From NCBI GenBank assembly GCA_951406725.2, contig OX597827.1, forward strand, positions 77,066,001 through 77,130,000: DNA of 64,000 nt, in the 5' to 3' direction. The number at the start of each line of letters is the position of its first letter. The stretch's first letter is position 1. The position numbers were made by a program, and so were the translations under genes. This DNA is from Octopus vulgaris. Taxonomy: Eukaryota. Positions 1-12,339 of this stretch are shown here, one piece after another. Below the pieces are notes generated by a model. The model saw nothing but the letters and a program-made list of their open reading frames with translations. It made no database searches and had not been told where the DNA came from.

Positions 1-239
1 ATATAATTAATCAACCTTTGATTCTGTAACTTTAATTAAGTCAATGGCGATTGTTTGCGTTCTGTCGTTTTAAGTATATCACAATCTCACGTTGTCGATA
101 TTCGAACGAGTTCAAACAATGTGAAGCGAGATCACAGTGAACCTGGTGAGACGACAGAAAACTGTGGCTGAACTTAATTTACTTCGTTCAGTGTGTTTTT
201 GTTTTTGATTTTGTTTTGAACAGGAAGAAGAGGAGGGGT

Positions 240-890
240 GACGGATGTGGGAGGAGGAGGCATCGTAGGTCTTTGAAGGTCTGCATAGACTGCAGGATCA
301 GGTTAAGGTGAGGGAGGAGCTAGGTAACTTGGGGGTGGTGTCAGGGTAACCAGGGGTGGTTCACGATAAGCAAAGGAGGAGGAAAGTACAAGTGAAGGTG
401 AGGGAGGACTTAGGGTAACCAGGGGTAGTTCAAGTTAAGCAAGGAAGGAGGTAGGTTGCTAGGGGAGGTTCAGATGAAGTGAGGGAAGAGGAAGGTAACT
501 AGGGTAACAAGGGGTGGTTCAGGCTAAGCAGGAGAGGTAGGTAATTAGGGGAGGTCCTTGTGAAGTGGGGGTGGAGTTAAGTAACTGAAAGGTGAGTTAT
601 ACAACTAAGGAAACAGTCAGATAATCAGAAAGGGTCAGAGAAGTGGAAGACCTTATTAAGGTAGATTGGTTAACCAAGAAGTGTCAGGTAACCTAGAGCA
701 GGTCAAGTAACTGTAGGAAAGGCCAGGTAAGCGAGAGTGGTACAGGTGACAGGGAAAATGGTCAAGTAACTGAGGTATGGGTAATTGAGAGGTAAGTGGG
801 GAAGGAGTAAGGTAATTGAGGGAGAGGTTACATAATTGGGAAGATCCAGGTATCTCAGGGTTGTTCAAAGAAAGGGAAGGAGAATTCAAA
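240..890. repeat. Degenerate purine/G-rich minisatellite-like tract
   Basis: Recurrent GGTAAC, AGGGG and GGTTCAG words with strong strand asymmetry; no fixed period resolved. Confidence 0.5.
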
Positions 891-1641
891 TCACCTGAAG
901 CAGGGCTCAGGTGACTACATGAAGTTTGTTAGTTTTAAAAACCTAATAAGAGGTTCTGGAAAGCCCATAACTTTTCCAGAGTCAATAGGGGAATGGGTCT
1001 TGTAGTGGCACTTTTTTGCAAATATTTTAATAATACACAGTCCACTGGATTACAGGTTCAAATCTGGAAGTAAGTAGAGGCAGCTCAAATAGCTAAAGTG
1101 GAGGGGTCAAGTAACTGAAAGAGAGGATCAAAAGATTGATGGGGAGGAGCCAAATAAGTGAAAAGGCGGGAGCCAATTAACTGGTGGAGATAAGGGGGCA
1201 ATTATGGCTGTTTTATTTCTGGATATCTGCATGAAACTAGACTGCATTTGAACTAGAAAGCTTTATAGAGCATTACAACTCTTAGTCTAGAAATAAAAGG
1301 TTTCTGGTTCTAATCTTGTCTGGTATTATGTACACAACCCGGAATAAAACACCTGATGGTCAAACTGATCAAAATACAATCTTAAAAATTAGAAAATATT
1401 GGTTAATGAGTGGGTCATGGATGGAATGTCTTTTATCAAAGATCTGTTCAGCTATGGTTGACCAGGGGCTTAAACACCAACAACTATGTTAACATTAAAA
1501 CAAATGTAGTACTAGATACACTATGCCTGAATTAATGATTGTATGGTCATGGCCAGAAGGGCTTTGATTGTGGGTCTGTTTATTCAAGACCAACCTGGAA
1601 CTAAACAATAGCAACAACAACAACAACCATTCTAAGATTAA

Positions 1642-1836
1642 CCCTTTCATTATCATATTTCTGCTGAGATGCTGTGTTCTTTCAATTACTTTAAACATGA
1701 CAAAGAATTTAGTAAAATAATTTGGTTATCATTCAGCTAGTGTTAGGAACATAAATTGTGACAAAGGTTTGGTGGAAGATTTAATCCAAAACTTTCAGAG
1801 CCAGAGGCAGTTTCAGCCGGGTTGGTAATGAAAGGG
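1642..1836. mobile_element. piggyBac-like MITE, family 1
   Basis: TTAA|CCCTTTCATTA ... TAATGAAAGGG|TTAA: terminal inverted repeats flanked by TTAA. Confidence 0.75.
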
Positions 1837-2001
1837 TTAAATAATGAAATTGAGGCAGTGAGCTGACGAAACCATAAGGTTTAGTGGAAAATTTTAATTC
1901 AGAATTTTAGAAAACAAGACATTTGTACTCAGAGCCAGAGGCAGTTTCAACCAGGTTGGTAATGAAAGGGTTAAGAATTGTTTCTCTATTATACATTTTA
2001 A

Positions 2002-2211
2002 CCCTTTTGTTACCATATTTCTATTGAGATGCTCTGTGTTTCTTTCAATTAATTTTAAATATAACAAAGAATTTAGTAAAATAACTTAGTTATCATTCAG
2101 CTAGTGTTAGGAACTTAAATTGTGACTAGGGTTTGGTGGAAGATTTTCATTCAGAACTTATGAAAACAAGACATTTGTACTCAGAGCCAGAACAGGTGGG
2201 TAAAGAAAGGG
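2002..2211. mobile_element. piggyBac-like MITE, family 1, second copy (a partial third copy lies at ~1875-1970)
   Basis: TTAA|CCCTTT ... AAAGGG|TTAA; internal sequence aligns to 1642-1836. Confidence 0.75.
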
Positions 2212-2227
2212 TTAAATAATGAAATTG

Positions 2228-2445
2228 AGGCAGTGAGCTGGCGGAACCATTGGTATGTTGGACAAAATGCCTGGCAGTACTTTTTCAAGCTTTTTACGTT
2301 CTGAGTTCAAATGCAGCTGGAATCGACTTCACCTTTTTGTCGTTTCAGGGTCAATGAAATATGTACCAGTTGAGCATCAGGGTTGATGTAATCATCCTTG
2401 TCTCCTCCTGCAAATTTGCTGGCCTTGTGCTGAAATTTGAAACCA
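2228..2445 (+). mobile_element. tRNA-derived SINE, family B
   Basis: Head AGGCAGTGAGCTGGCGGAA, B-box-like GAGTTCAAAT, central domain shared with the copies at 16744, 51224 and 63770. Confidence 0.7.
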
Positions 2446-3019
2446 GCGTTAAATAATGTAATCCAAATGACTGGAACATCTTTGGTCATTGGTCTACTCA
2501 ACCGTGGTTGACCCAGGGCTAAACAACAAGAACAGCATCTATAATCAAGATCAGGTCTTTCGCTGCTAAAATTATTGGAAAAATGTCTGTGCTCTTGTCA
2601 GAATATTGAATTTGAGTGGACTGTTGTAGAATGTAGTGATGGTCGTGGGTGGGTTGGAGGCTTTTTTTTATCATATGTACTGGGGTGAGGGAAATGAGAA
2701 AGGCGTCCCCTGGAGGGAGAAAAAGATGTCATCTTCTCAACAATTTGTGGCTATGACATGTTCTGTGTGTGTGTGTTTTTTTTTTAAAGTTTAGTTCCCA
2801 ATGGAAACTGTGGCAAGCCTGCTGTTGTTGTTGTTGTTGTTGTTGTCATTAATAAGGCTATTAGGGAAATGCATGAACGTGACAAACTCTTCTATCCTCT
2901 TCTCCTTCCCTCTTCCCTCCCCTTCTTCCCCCCTACATCTCTTAAATATGGCTACCTTTGTGGTTAGTCAGGAAAAGAAGGAAGGAAGGAAGGAAGGCAG
3001 TATTCTTACATTCCTGAGC

Positions 3020-3360
3020 TGGAAGTGCTGTTGTTGTTGCTCTTGGTGGTGGTGGTGGTGGTGGTGGTGGCGGCAGTGGTGGTGGTGGTGGCGGCAGTGG
3101 TGGTGGTGCTGGTGGCAGTGGTGGTGGTGGTAGCAACGGTGGTGGTGGTGGTGGTGGTGGTGGCGGCGGCGGCGGTGGCAGTGGTGGTGGTGGCAGTGGT
3201 GGTGGTGGTGGTGGCAGCAGCGGTGGTGGCAGTGGTGGTAGTGGTGGTGCTGGTGGTGGTGGCAGCAGCGGTGGTAGTTGTAGTGGTGGAGGAGGAGGTG
3301 GTGGTAGTGGTGGCGGTGGTGGTGGTGGTGGTAGTGGTACCCATAGCAGTGGCAGTGACA
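3020..3360. repeat. (GTG)n/(GGC)n trinucleotide microsatellite
   Basis: Direct reading; source of the poly-Pro, poly-Trp, poly-Val and poly-Thr ORFs. Confidence 0.95.
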
Positions 3361-3794
3361 GGGTCTGGATGGGGGGTGGGGGGTATGTTTGTTGGAAAGA
3401 AGAACAAGTGGGAAGTGTGTGAGGGGGTAAGGAAGAGATATTGATTAAGAGAGAGAGGGGGGAGTAAGAGATTGAATGAGTGAATAAGAGGAAGAGAGAG
3501 AGAGAGAGAAAGATTGTTTGGTTACATGAAAAAGGGGGGGGACGTTGTGAGTGAAGGAAGGGGAGGATGAGGGGAGCAAATTGATTAGCAACGGTGGAGG
3601 GAGGGGGGAGTGGAGGAGTGAACAAAGGAGAAGTTGCTTGATTGGAAAGTAAGAGGTGTTGAAGGTGGGGAAGGGGAAGAGGGAGAGAAGTAGAATGGGA
3701 AGTGGGGAAGGGGAAGGGGAGAGATGTTGCTTAATTGGAGGGGAAAAGGTGGTGGGAAGAGGGGGACTGATTGGCAGAAAAGGTGAGTGTAAAG

Positions 3795-3855
3795 GATAGA
3801 TAGAAAGACAGAGAGAGAGAGAGAGAGAGAGATAGATAGAGAGAGAGAGAGAGAG

Positions 3856-3910
<55 letters not shown>

Positions 3911-3935
3911 AAGATAGATAGAGAGAGAGAGAGAG

Positions 3936-3970
<35 letters not shown>

Positions 3971-4103
3971 GAGAGAGATAGACAGACAGACAGACAGACA
4001 GATAGATAGATAGATAGAGATAGATAGACAGATAGATAGAGATAGATAGATAGACAGACAGATAGATAGATAGATAGATAGATGGATAGATAGATAGATA
4101 GAT

Positions 4104-4146
<43 letters not shown>

Positions 4147-4230
4147 TAGAGATAGATAGGTATGTAGGTAGATAAGTAGATATATGCATTTATACATACA
4201 TGACTATTATATATATATATATATATATAT

Positions 4231-4265
<35 letters not shown>
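3795..4265. repeat. Compound (GA)n/(GATA)n/(GACA)n/(TA)n microsatellite
   Basis: Direct reading. Confidence 0.95.
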
Positions 4266-4268
<3 letters not shown>

Positions 4269-4574
4269 ACATAGGTGAGTAGACAGAAAGAGAGAGAGTG
4301 AGATTGGAGGAAGGAGAGGAAGAAGAGATAATTTGGTTGAGGAAGAAAGAAGCAGGATAGAGAAGATGGTATTGGAAAATGTGGCAAAGGAATGGTTCGG
4401 GGTGTGGAAGTGTGGGGGGGAGGGGGAGGGATTGGAGTAATTAAAATGTCTGAAAGTGTGAGAGTGTCAACCATGGAAGATAAAAATCTGGCAGAGTCTA
4501 AAGTGTGCAAGGAATGATTAATCCGAAGTGACTGCAAGACATAACTAACAGAGTAATGGTTGCTGTTATTGTTG

Positions 4575-5085
4575 TTGTACCCAGACAAAACTAATGCGAT
4601 AGTGGTGGAAATTCCTGGACAAAGCCCATAGCATGTTGGTTGAAATTGCCAGACATAACTAATGGAATATGGATGAATGTTCTCAGTGAAATTAATGACA
4701 TAGAAATTACAGTTCCCAGACAAAACTAATGTCATAACAGTAAGAGTTCCTAGACATAACTAATACCATTTTGGTAACATTCCCATACGAAAATGTTTTG
4801 GCATAATAGTAGCAATAACCAGATATATCTAATGGGATGGTCATGGAGTTGCCAGACAAAACTAATGTATTAATCACAAGGCAAAACTAATGTCATGACA
4901 GATCTATTTTACATATTGGTAGGAATTCGCAGACAAAACTGATGCCACAGTGAAATTGCCTACCAGACAAAACTAATGTTATAGTGGTAGCAATTACCAG
5001 ACAAAACTAATGCAATAGTGGTGACAATTACCAGACGAAACTAATGTTATAAAGGTTGCATGTACCAGGCTAAACTAATGTTGCA
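4575..5085. repeat. Degenerate ~39-bp minisatellite with core CCAGACAAAACTAATG
   Basis: Core recurs at ~4581, 4716, 4852, 4963, 4997 and 5032, plus variants. Confidence 0.75.
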
Positions 5086-5322
5086 GTTGTAACAAGCTAC
5101 TCCAGACTGATAAGGAGCAATGACTCTGAAACTAGGCTCTGAGTGCTGGGTTTGGTGGGTGGAGATGCTTATCTCCCCTGTTTGAGGACATACGGACAGA
5201 GAATGCTTGTGTGTCACATAGCCAACTGGAAACGCTGTTTCCTGGGACTAAATAGCAGTGGCATTTTCCCCTTTACTGGGACTGCCACATTAAGTTGGCA
5301 ACAAACCATCAATATATATATG

Positions 5323-5829
5323 TTAGTTAGTTAGTTAGTTAATTTGGCTCAAAAGCAAATAGCAAGGCCATGTAGGAGGACATGGAGTTAAGTACAGGGT
5401 GGTGTTCATGTAAAGAGTTCAGGCCACTTGAGGTCCAGGGAGGCTTTGAACAAAGCGGTCGTCGGCATCTTTACCATCTCGTCTGGCAGCTTGTTCCACG
5501 GATCCGCAACCCGTACGGAGAAAGCTCCTCTCCTTCGATTGAGATGAAATCGTCACAGGTAGAGCTTTTCGGAATGACCCCGCAGCCGACGCTCTGGAGC
5601 AGGAGTGAAGAACAGCTCTTTCGAGAGGTTACACTTTCCGCTTATGATGTTGTGGGTGAGAATGAGATCACTACGGCGGCGGCGTTTTTCAAGAGAATAA
5701 AGGTCGAGTGTCCTCAGCCTTTCTTCGTAGGACAAATTTTTGAGACCATGAACCATGCGGGTAGCCAGCTTCTGGACTCTTTCGAGATGCTGTATGTCTT
5801 TGAGGAGATAAGGAGAAGAGGCTTGAATC

Positions 5830-5831
<2 letters not shown>
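5323..5831 (-). mobile_element. CR1-clade LINE, 5'-truncated 3' end with (CTAA)n tail
   Basis: Translation LERVQKLATRMVHGLKNLSYEERLRTLDLYSLEKRRRRSDLI matches the typical CR1 ORF2 C-terminus; (TTAG)n at 5323-5340 on +. Confidence 0.85.
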
Positions 5832-5871
<40 letters not shown>

Positions 5872-5875
5872 ATAC

Positions 5876-6034
5876 ATTAGAAGGGTTGGAGGTGATGTAC
5901 AGGTATTATATATTTTTAAAAAATAAGGTACTCAGAAATCTGGATGGTTTTACATTTACAGATTTTTATTAATATGTCACATGTTTTTATAAATCATATA
6001 TTAGCGCTTGCATCTACTCTAGTAGATTCTTCAG
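5876..6034. repeat. Single-arm copy of the foldback element at 55170-55435
   Basis: Shared leader TTAGAAGG.TTGGAGGTGATGTACAGGTATTATATA and ~110 bp of arm sequence. Confidence 0.8.
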
Positions 6035-6929
6035 ATTTGAGTTTTTTGAGGGGATTTGTCTCTTTCTATAGTATTATTGAGTGTGTAGGGGTGGAGAGAG
6101 ATATAGGATAGTAAAAGAGGGTGAGGAGTGGGGGGGAAAGTGAGAGTGTGTGTGTATGTGTGTGTGTGTGTGCACGCGTGTGTCTGTGTGTGTGCCTGAA
6201 AGGAGTGTCAATGGAAAAGAGAAGGAAAGAAAGAAGAAAAAAATGTGTTTACATCTATACATTCTTTTAATAGAAAGTGATGAGTTTCTTGGCCTTTAAA
6301 AATGGCAAAACCAGGTGGCTACTCTAAGTGGAGTCTTGTTTTGATAAAATCTATTTTTCAAAATCATTGTCCAGTGAGAGAGACTGTGTTTTGTGTGTGT
6401 GTGTGTGTGTGTATGTGTGCGTGTGTGTATGCGTGTGTGTGTGTGTACGTGTGTGTGTATGCGTGTGTATCTGAAAGGAGTGTCAATGGAAAAGAGAAAG
6501 AAAGAAACAAGAGAGGAAGAAGGAAAAATCTTGTTTACATCTAAACAGCTGTTCAGTTCTTTCAAAAGGAAATGACAATTTGGTTAATAAAAGTCATTTT
6601 TCAAAAAATTGTCTGGATTTATTATCATCATCATCATCATCATCTTTGTCCAATGTTTGATTCCCGTCCTGGTATGGGTTGGAAAACCTGGATGTAAGAT
6701 GCAAGTACTTGGTGACCCTGTCAGTGCAGGTGCCACTTAAAAAGCACCCAGTACACACTGTAAAGTGGTTGGCATTTGGAAGGGCATCCAGCTGTTAAAA
6801 ACCTTGCCAAAACAGTTACAGAAGCCTGGTGTAGGTTTCTGCCTGGCCGACTCTTGTCAAACCACCCCACTCATGTCAGCATGGAAGGCGGATGTTAAAC
6901 GTTGACGATAATATATATATATATATATA

Positions 6930-7079
6930 TCTGGCATTAGGAAGGGGATCCAGCCGTAGAAACATTGCCAGATCAGACTGGGCCTGGTGCAGCCTTCTGG
7001 CTTCCCAGACCCCAGTTGCACTCTCCAACCCATGCCAGCATGGAAAGCAGACGCTAAACGATGATGATGATGATGATGA
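6930..7079 (+). mobile_element. RTE-LINE 3' tail fragment with (GAT)n end (related fragments at 6620-6910)
   Basis: CCAACCCATGCCAGCATGGAAAGCAGACGCTAAACGATGATG matches the 3' end of the RTE at 41195-42202. Confidence 0.8.
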
Positions 7080-7093
7080 GATATATCTGTATT

Positions 7094-7136
<43 letters not shown>

Positions 7137-7318
7137 TGATCCCCTTGTGAGTATGCCCATGGTGAAAATCTGTGTATATGGGGGATAGCCATGATACGGA
7201 GAAATGGGACCATGGTTGTCTGCTAAGAAGCTTGCCTCACAACCACATGTTTCCAAATTCAGTCCCATTGCATGGCACCTTGGGTGAGTGTCTCCCACTG
7301 TATATGCATATATATATA

Positions 7319-7380
7319 TCATCATCATCATCATCATCATTGTTTAACGTCCGTTTTCCGCGCTAGCACGGGTTGGACGG
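7319..7380 (-). mobile_element. RTE-LINE terminal ~40 nt plus (GAT)n tail, attached to U2
   Basis: Minus strand reads CCGTCCAACCCGTGCTAGCGCGGAAAACGGACGTTAAACAATGATGATG. Confidence 0.85.
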
Positions 7381-7386
7381 AAAACA

Positions 7387-7567
7387 ATGGGCTGAATCCT
7401 GGAAGTACTGCTATACCAGGCCAACCCGTGGCAAAGGCGGAGCAAGCCCCTAACTCTTCGCCTCGTTCTAAAAATCAGTTTAATATCGATGGTCCCAAAT
7501 AGGGACTGTATCAGATATTAAGCTGATAAGAACAGATACTACACTTTGATCTTAGCGAAAAGGCCGA
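7387..7567 (-). pseudogene. U2: U2 snRNA retrocopy (about nt 9 to the 3' end), fused to an RTE tail
   Basis: Minus strand reads TCGGCCTTTTCGCTAAGATCAAAGTGTAGTATCTGTTCTTATCAGCTTAATATCTGATAC ... GATTTTTAG (Sm site) ... GGGTTGGCCTGGTATAGCAGTACTTCCAGGATTCAGCCC (stem-loop IV). The first ~8 nt are replaced by (TA)n and no snRNA promoter is visible. Confidence 0.93.
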
Positions 7568-7611
7568 ATATATATATGTATATATGTATGTATATATATA
7601 TCAGGACGCCA

Positions 7612-7816
7612 TGATAGATCGTTAGCTGCTACACGCATTTTTTTTTCTCTCCTTGTTTCTCTCCTTGTTTTTTTCTGTGTATCTTTCTGTTGGAGAGCAT
7701 AGGCTTGAAACGTAAAAGACTTGTTCTATTTCTATTCTTGAGCGCCATACTAATACATTTGTTTGTTTGTACTCCACCTGCCTTCGTCTTTTTGTTTATT
7801 TTTGTAAACCTTCCCT
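7612..7816 (+). mobile_element. Short repeat with degenerate hammerhead motif (Penelope/retrozyme-like)
   Basis: TCTTT-CTGTTGGA-GAGC ATAG GCTT-GAAA-CGTA-AAAGA at 7682-7719; downstream sequence shared with the 30340 and 58140 copies. Confidence 0.55.
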
Positions 7817-7828
7817 ATATATATATAT

Positions 7829-7883
<55 letters not shown>

Positions 7884-8307
7884 CATACATATATACATAT
7901 AAAGATGTACATAGACATGTGTGTGTGTGTGCGTGTGTGCATGTGTGTGTGGAAGGACTAAAAATGTTCATTTCAAGCCACTGTTTAACACAAATGCAGT
8001 GCATTTTGAAACCGATCTGCCAATCCCGTTATGACCCTCCCTCACCATTTGTTTCAGTAAAACTAAGGCTGTGAAATAACCCAGTGTGTTCTAGAATTTT
8101 TAAAGATAGCAGGATATGATCGGCATCTAAGGTGGTGGTCGTGTTGGTCGTGGTGGTTGCGGTGTGGGTGGGGTGGGGGGAGAGATTTGTCTCGTTTTTT
8201 TTTCCCGTTTTTTTTTTCTAATTTAAGGGTGATTGATGTCATTTCTACTTTATGATGGATGGATATACAAACAGTGTGAGAGGAAGCTAAACGTTCTAGA
8301 TTAGTTG

Positions 8308-8665
<358 letters not shown>

Positions 8666-8945
8666 TATATATGCATGAATGTGGTGAGTCTATTGATTTT
8701 TATGCAAATGTGTGAAGATAGATGGTGTGTTTAGGTATCAAACACCATAGCATTTAAATATATATATGTATATACACATATGTAAGATATATATATATAT
8801 ATATATATGTATACATGTGTGTGTGTGTGTATACAGAGATAGATAGAGAGAGAGGCAGACAGACAGACAGATAGATAGATAGACAGATAGATATATAGAT
8901 AGATAGATGGGCAGACAGACTGACAGGTAGATAGATAAATAGATT

Positions 8946-8990
<45 letters not shown>

Positions 8991-9369
8991 TACAGCTAGA
9001 TATGAATATACAACAGGTTCTTTCTCAGTTTAAGTCTACCAAATTCACTCACATGGCTTCCGTTTGCCCAGGGCTACAACAGAAGATGCTTCATCAAGTG
9101 TTGTGCCGCATAACTAAATGCAAAACTACTGGACTGCAAAGCACATTTCTTGGCAACATAATCTCTGTATGTATATGTGTGGGTGTGTATATGTAGATAT
9201 ATGCAGGCATGGCTGTGTGGTAAGAAGTTTACTTCCCAACCATATGGTTCCAGGTTCAGTCCCACTGCATGGCAATATAGATGAGTGTCTCCTACTCTGC
9301 CCTTGGGTCAACCAAAGCCTTGTGAGTCGATTTGGTAGACGGAAACTAAAAGAAGCCTGTCATATATAT

Positions 9370-9591
9370 TCTTTTATTTGTTTCAGCTATTTGACTGTGG
9401 CCATGCTGGAGCACCACCTTTAGTCAAGCAAATTGACCCCAGGACTTATTCTTTGTAAGCCTAGTACTTATTCTGTCAGTGTCTTTTGCTGAACCGCTAA
9501 GTTACGGGACGTAAACACACCAGCATTTGTAATCAATGTTGGGGGGACAAACACAGACACACAACCATATACACAGACATACATATATGTG

Positions 9592-9654
<63 letters not shown>

Positions 9655-9790
9655 GGCTTCTTTCAGTTTCCGTCTACCAAATCCACTCACAAGGCTTTGG
9701 TCTGCCGGAGGCTATAGCAGAAGACACTTGCCCAAGGTGCCAGGACTGAACCCGGAACCATGTGGTTGGTAAGCAAGCTACTTACCACAC
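9370..9790 (-). mobile_element. tRNA-derived SINE, family A (an inverted partial + copy lies at 9203-9362)
   Basis: Reverse complement of the full copy at 36981-37390, including the internal (TA)n/(TG)n tract. Confidence 0.8.
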
Positions 9791-10069
9791 ACTCACTCCA
9801 ATATTTTTTTTCCTGGTGATGGCCAGATTATGGGGTTGCATTGAGTTTCCCATCCACACTTTATGGCGAATCGTCAGACCCCTGTTGGCCTATGACCTTT
9901 TCAAAATATGGAGGTGTTTTCAAAAAGTCTGGGTTATCTCCCTTTGCCGAAACACTGCCATCTTTCTGCTGTGAGGGTAAACAATATGGGATACCCCCCT
10001 CTCCCATTAGCTATCAACTTCCAAAAGGCCAGCAGAAATCTCCTAAAATTCACTCCATAATTGCCCACA

Positions 10070-10257
10070 GGCATATGGCGTAGTGGGTTAAGAGCGCAGG
10101 CTACTAACCCCAAGATTCACAGTTCGATTCCAGGCAGTGACCTGAATAATAATAACAACAACCACAACTACCTTAGACACCTGGAGGGTACATCAGCCAA
10201 AATGTTGTGTTGACAACAACCAAGATGAGGATGAATATCCGTCAAATGTAAATAATG
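10070..10257 (+). mobile_element. tRNA-headed short element; hammerhead core partly deleted
   Basis: A-box TGGCGTAGTGG, B-box GTTCGATTC, (AAT)n spacer, then sequence aligning to 10603-10692. Confidence 0.65.
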
Positions 10258-10421
10258 TCCTAAAGTAATGTTTGGAACATAGATTAAATCCTGCAAGATA
10301 AGCTGGGATTATCCACATACCAAGGTTTCCCTTTTCAGTCCTTCGATCAATTTTGCCGCAAGCTTGTAGATTGTAAAAGAAAGAAGCTTCTCTTTAGTCT
10401 CTATTTATCTCAATTAATTGA

Positions 10422-10453
<32 letters not shown>

Positions 10454-10603
10454 AATTAACATAAAGGCACAGCACCTGTATTAGAAGCCATAGAAAAGTT
10501 TTATGTAAGTAAATTACAGTTTTTAAAGCCTAAACAGATGTAAATACAGTTCTATATCGAAAAATACCCCAGGAATGAGAACCCAGGTTCGAAATTTCCT
10601 CAA

Positions 10604-10649
10604 GACACCTGATGAAGGCTGGAGGGTATATCAGACGAAACGTTGTGTT
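10604..10649 (+). ncRNA. Minimal type I hammerhead ribozyme motif
   Basis: GACAC (stem I)-CTGATGA-A-GGCTG..CAGAC (stem II, one mismatch; CAGCC in the sister copy)-GAAA-CGTT-GTGTT (stem I'). Confidence 0.7.
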
Positions 10650-10984
10650 AACAACAAACAAGATGAGGACAAATATCCGTCAAATGTAAATATAGGCTGT
10701 TATTCTCTTTGTACACAAAAAGTAAAAGATACTATCCTGGCATCCTGATGTGTTTCACCATTTGTTGGCCATTCATCAAAGGGAAAGTACTCACCCATTT
10801 CCCTATCCACAAAGAGGACTATATAGTAATTGCTATTTACATCAAGCACAAACCATAATCTGGCAGTTGTGGCTAAACTCCTTTGTATATTGTGCATTTG
10901 TTGATAGCATTATTACATAATTAGTAGATATGAATTCACAAAATCACATTTGTTAGAAATATATTGACTATAAGGTTGTTAATC

Positions 10985-11527
10985 TATGTCACGCTGGTGA
11001 GACCCATATTGGAGTACGGGATTCAAGCCTTTTCTCCTTATCTCCTCAAAGACATACAACATCTCGAAAGAGTCCAGAAGCTGGTTACCCGCATGGTTCT
11101 TGGTCTCAAGAATTTGTCTTATGAAGAAAAGCTGAAGACGCTCGACCGTTATTCTCTAGAAAAATGCCGCCGCCGTGGTGATCTCATTCTTGCCCACAAC
11201 ATCATAAGTGGAAAGCGTAACCTCACGAAAGAGCTGTTCTTCACTCCCGCTCCAGAGCGTCGGCTGCGGGGTCACTCCGAAAAGCTCTATCTGCGACGAT
11301 TTCATCTCAATCGAAGGAGAGGGGCTTTCTCTGTCCAGGTTGCGGATCCGTGGAATAAGCTGCCAGACGAGATGGTGAAGATGCCAACGACCGCTCGGTT
11401 CAAAGTCTCCCTTGACCACAAGTGGCCTGAACTCTTTACATGAACACCACCCTGTACATAACTCCATGTCCCTCTAAATGGCCTTGCTTTTTGCTTTTTG
11501 AGTGAAAAATTAACTAATTAACTAATT
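10985..11527 (+). mobile_element. CR1-clade LINE 3' end (same family as 5323-5831)
   Basis: ORF 10964-11443 reads LVRPILEYG..LERVQK..RRRGDL..WNKLP; tail TAACTAATTAACTAA. Confidence 0.85.
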
Positions 11528-11578
11528 TTAAAAAATTTAGTTTTCAAACTATGAAGCTAAACATACGTTAATAAGTAA

Positions 11579-11613
<35 letters not shown>

Positions 11614-12339
11614 AAAGTGTCCTCATTTGTTAATTTATGAGAGCATTAACCTATATCAATGCAACTAGATAAATAATAAATAACATCAAAATAATTAATA
11701 GCTGTTAAGTGTGATGATTGGCTGCTATTTCTTGCAGGCTAAACAACCACATAGTGGCAAAGTGGTGAATGAAGAGGATGTTATGGGGAGATGGTAGTGA
11801 AGGGCGGTGGTAGTGATGATGGTGGTGGGGAGTCTACAACATTTAACCCCCATGGACAATAAAACCCCGAAGGACGATTATCCCCGAGGACAACTTCTTA
11901 ATGCATTGGAGAGGGGGGTAATTAACTGGGGAGGGGTTAGTTGTCCTAGGGGGTTGTTGTTGTTGAGGGGTAGGAATTGTCCAATGGGGAGTAATTGTTC
12001 TAAGGGGGTAATTGTCTCGATACAGTTAGGTTGGGTTTTGTTGCCATTTAATCCCAGGACCAGACAGTACAGCCACGGCCACCTCACCTTTCAAATTGTA
12101 TCCAGGTCCTACACCACCTAATCTGCCCTTTCCTTCTTTAAGACAGTGGTTGGTGGGAGTAAAGTGAGAAGCTATGCCCTTTGAAATATCTTAAACCCAA
12201 CAGCAAAGGGCAAAAGGGAGTTGAAGCTTGGAATATCATACTGTAAGGAGACACAAAAACTAAACTACTAATAAGGTAACTTTTATGCAGTCTCATGGCC
12301 TCCTAGAAATAGCAGCCAAATTCCCCAAAGGGGGCTAAC

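Noticed and set aside
2801-4197. Pro-, Trp-, Val- and Thr-rich ORFs and (LSIY)n ORFs
   Set aside because: These are translations of microsatellites. The same applies to ORFs at 13264-14655, 21637-22303, 26732-28480 and 35357-36028.
7387-7567. Functional U2 gene
   Set aside because: The first ~8 nt are missing, the upstream flank is (TA)n with no visible snRNA promoter, and the 3' end joins a LINE tail.
10070-10142. tRNA gene
   Set aside because: A and B boxes are present but acceptor and anticodon stems pair poorly; it continues into a repeat body, so it is treated as a SINE head.
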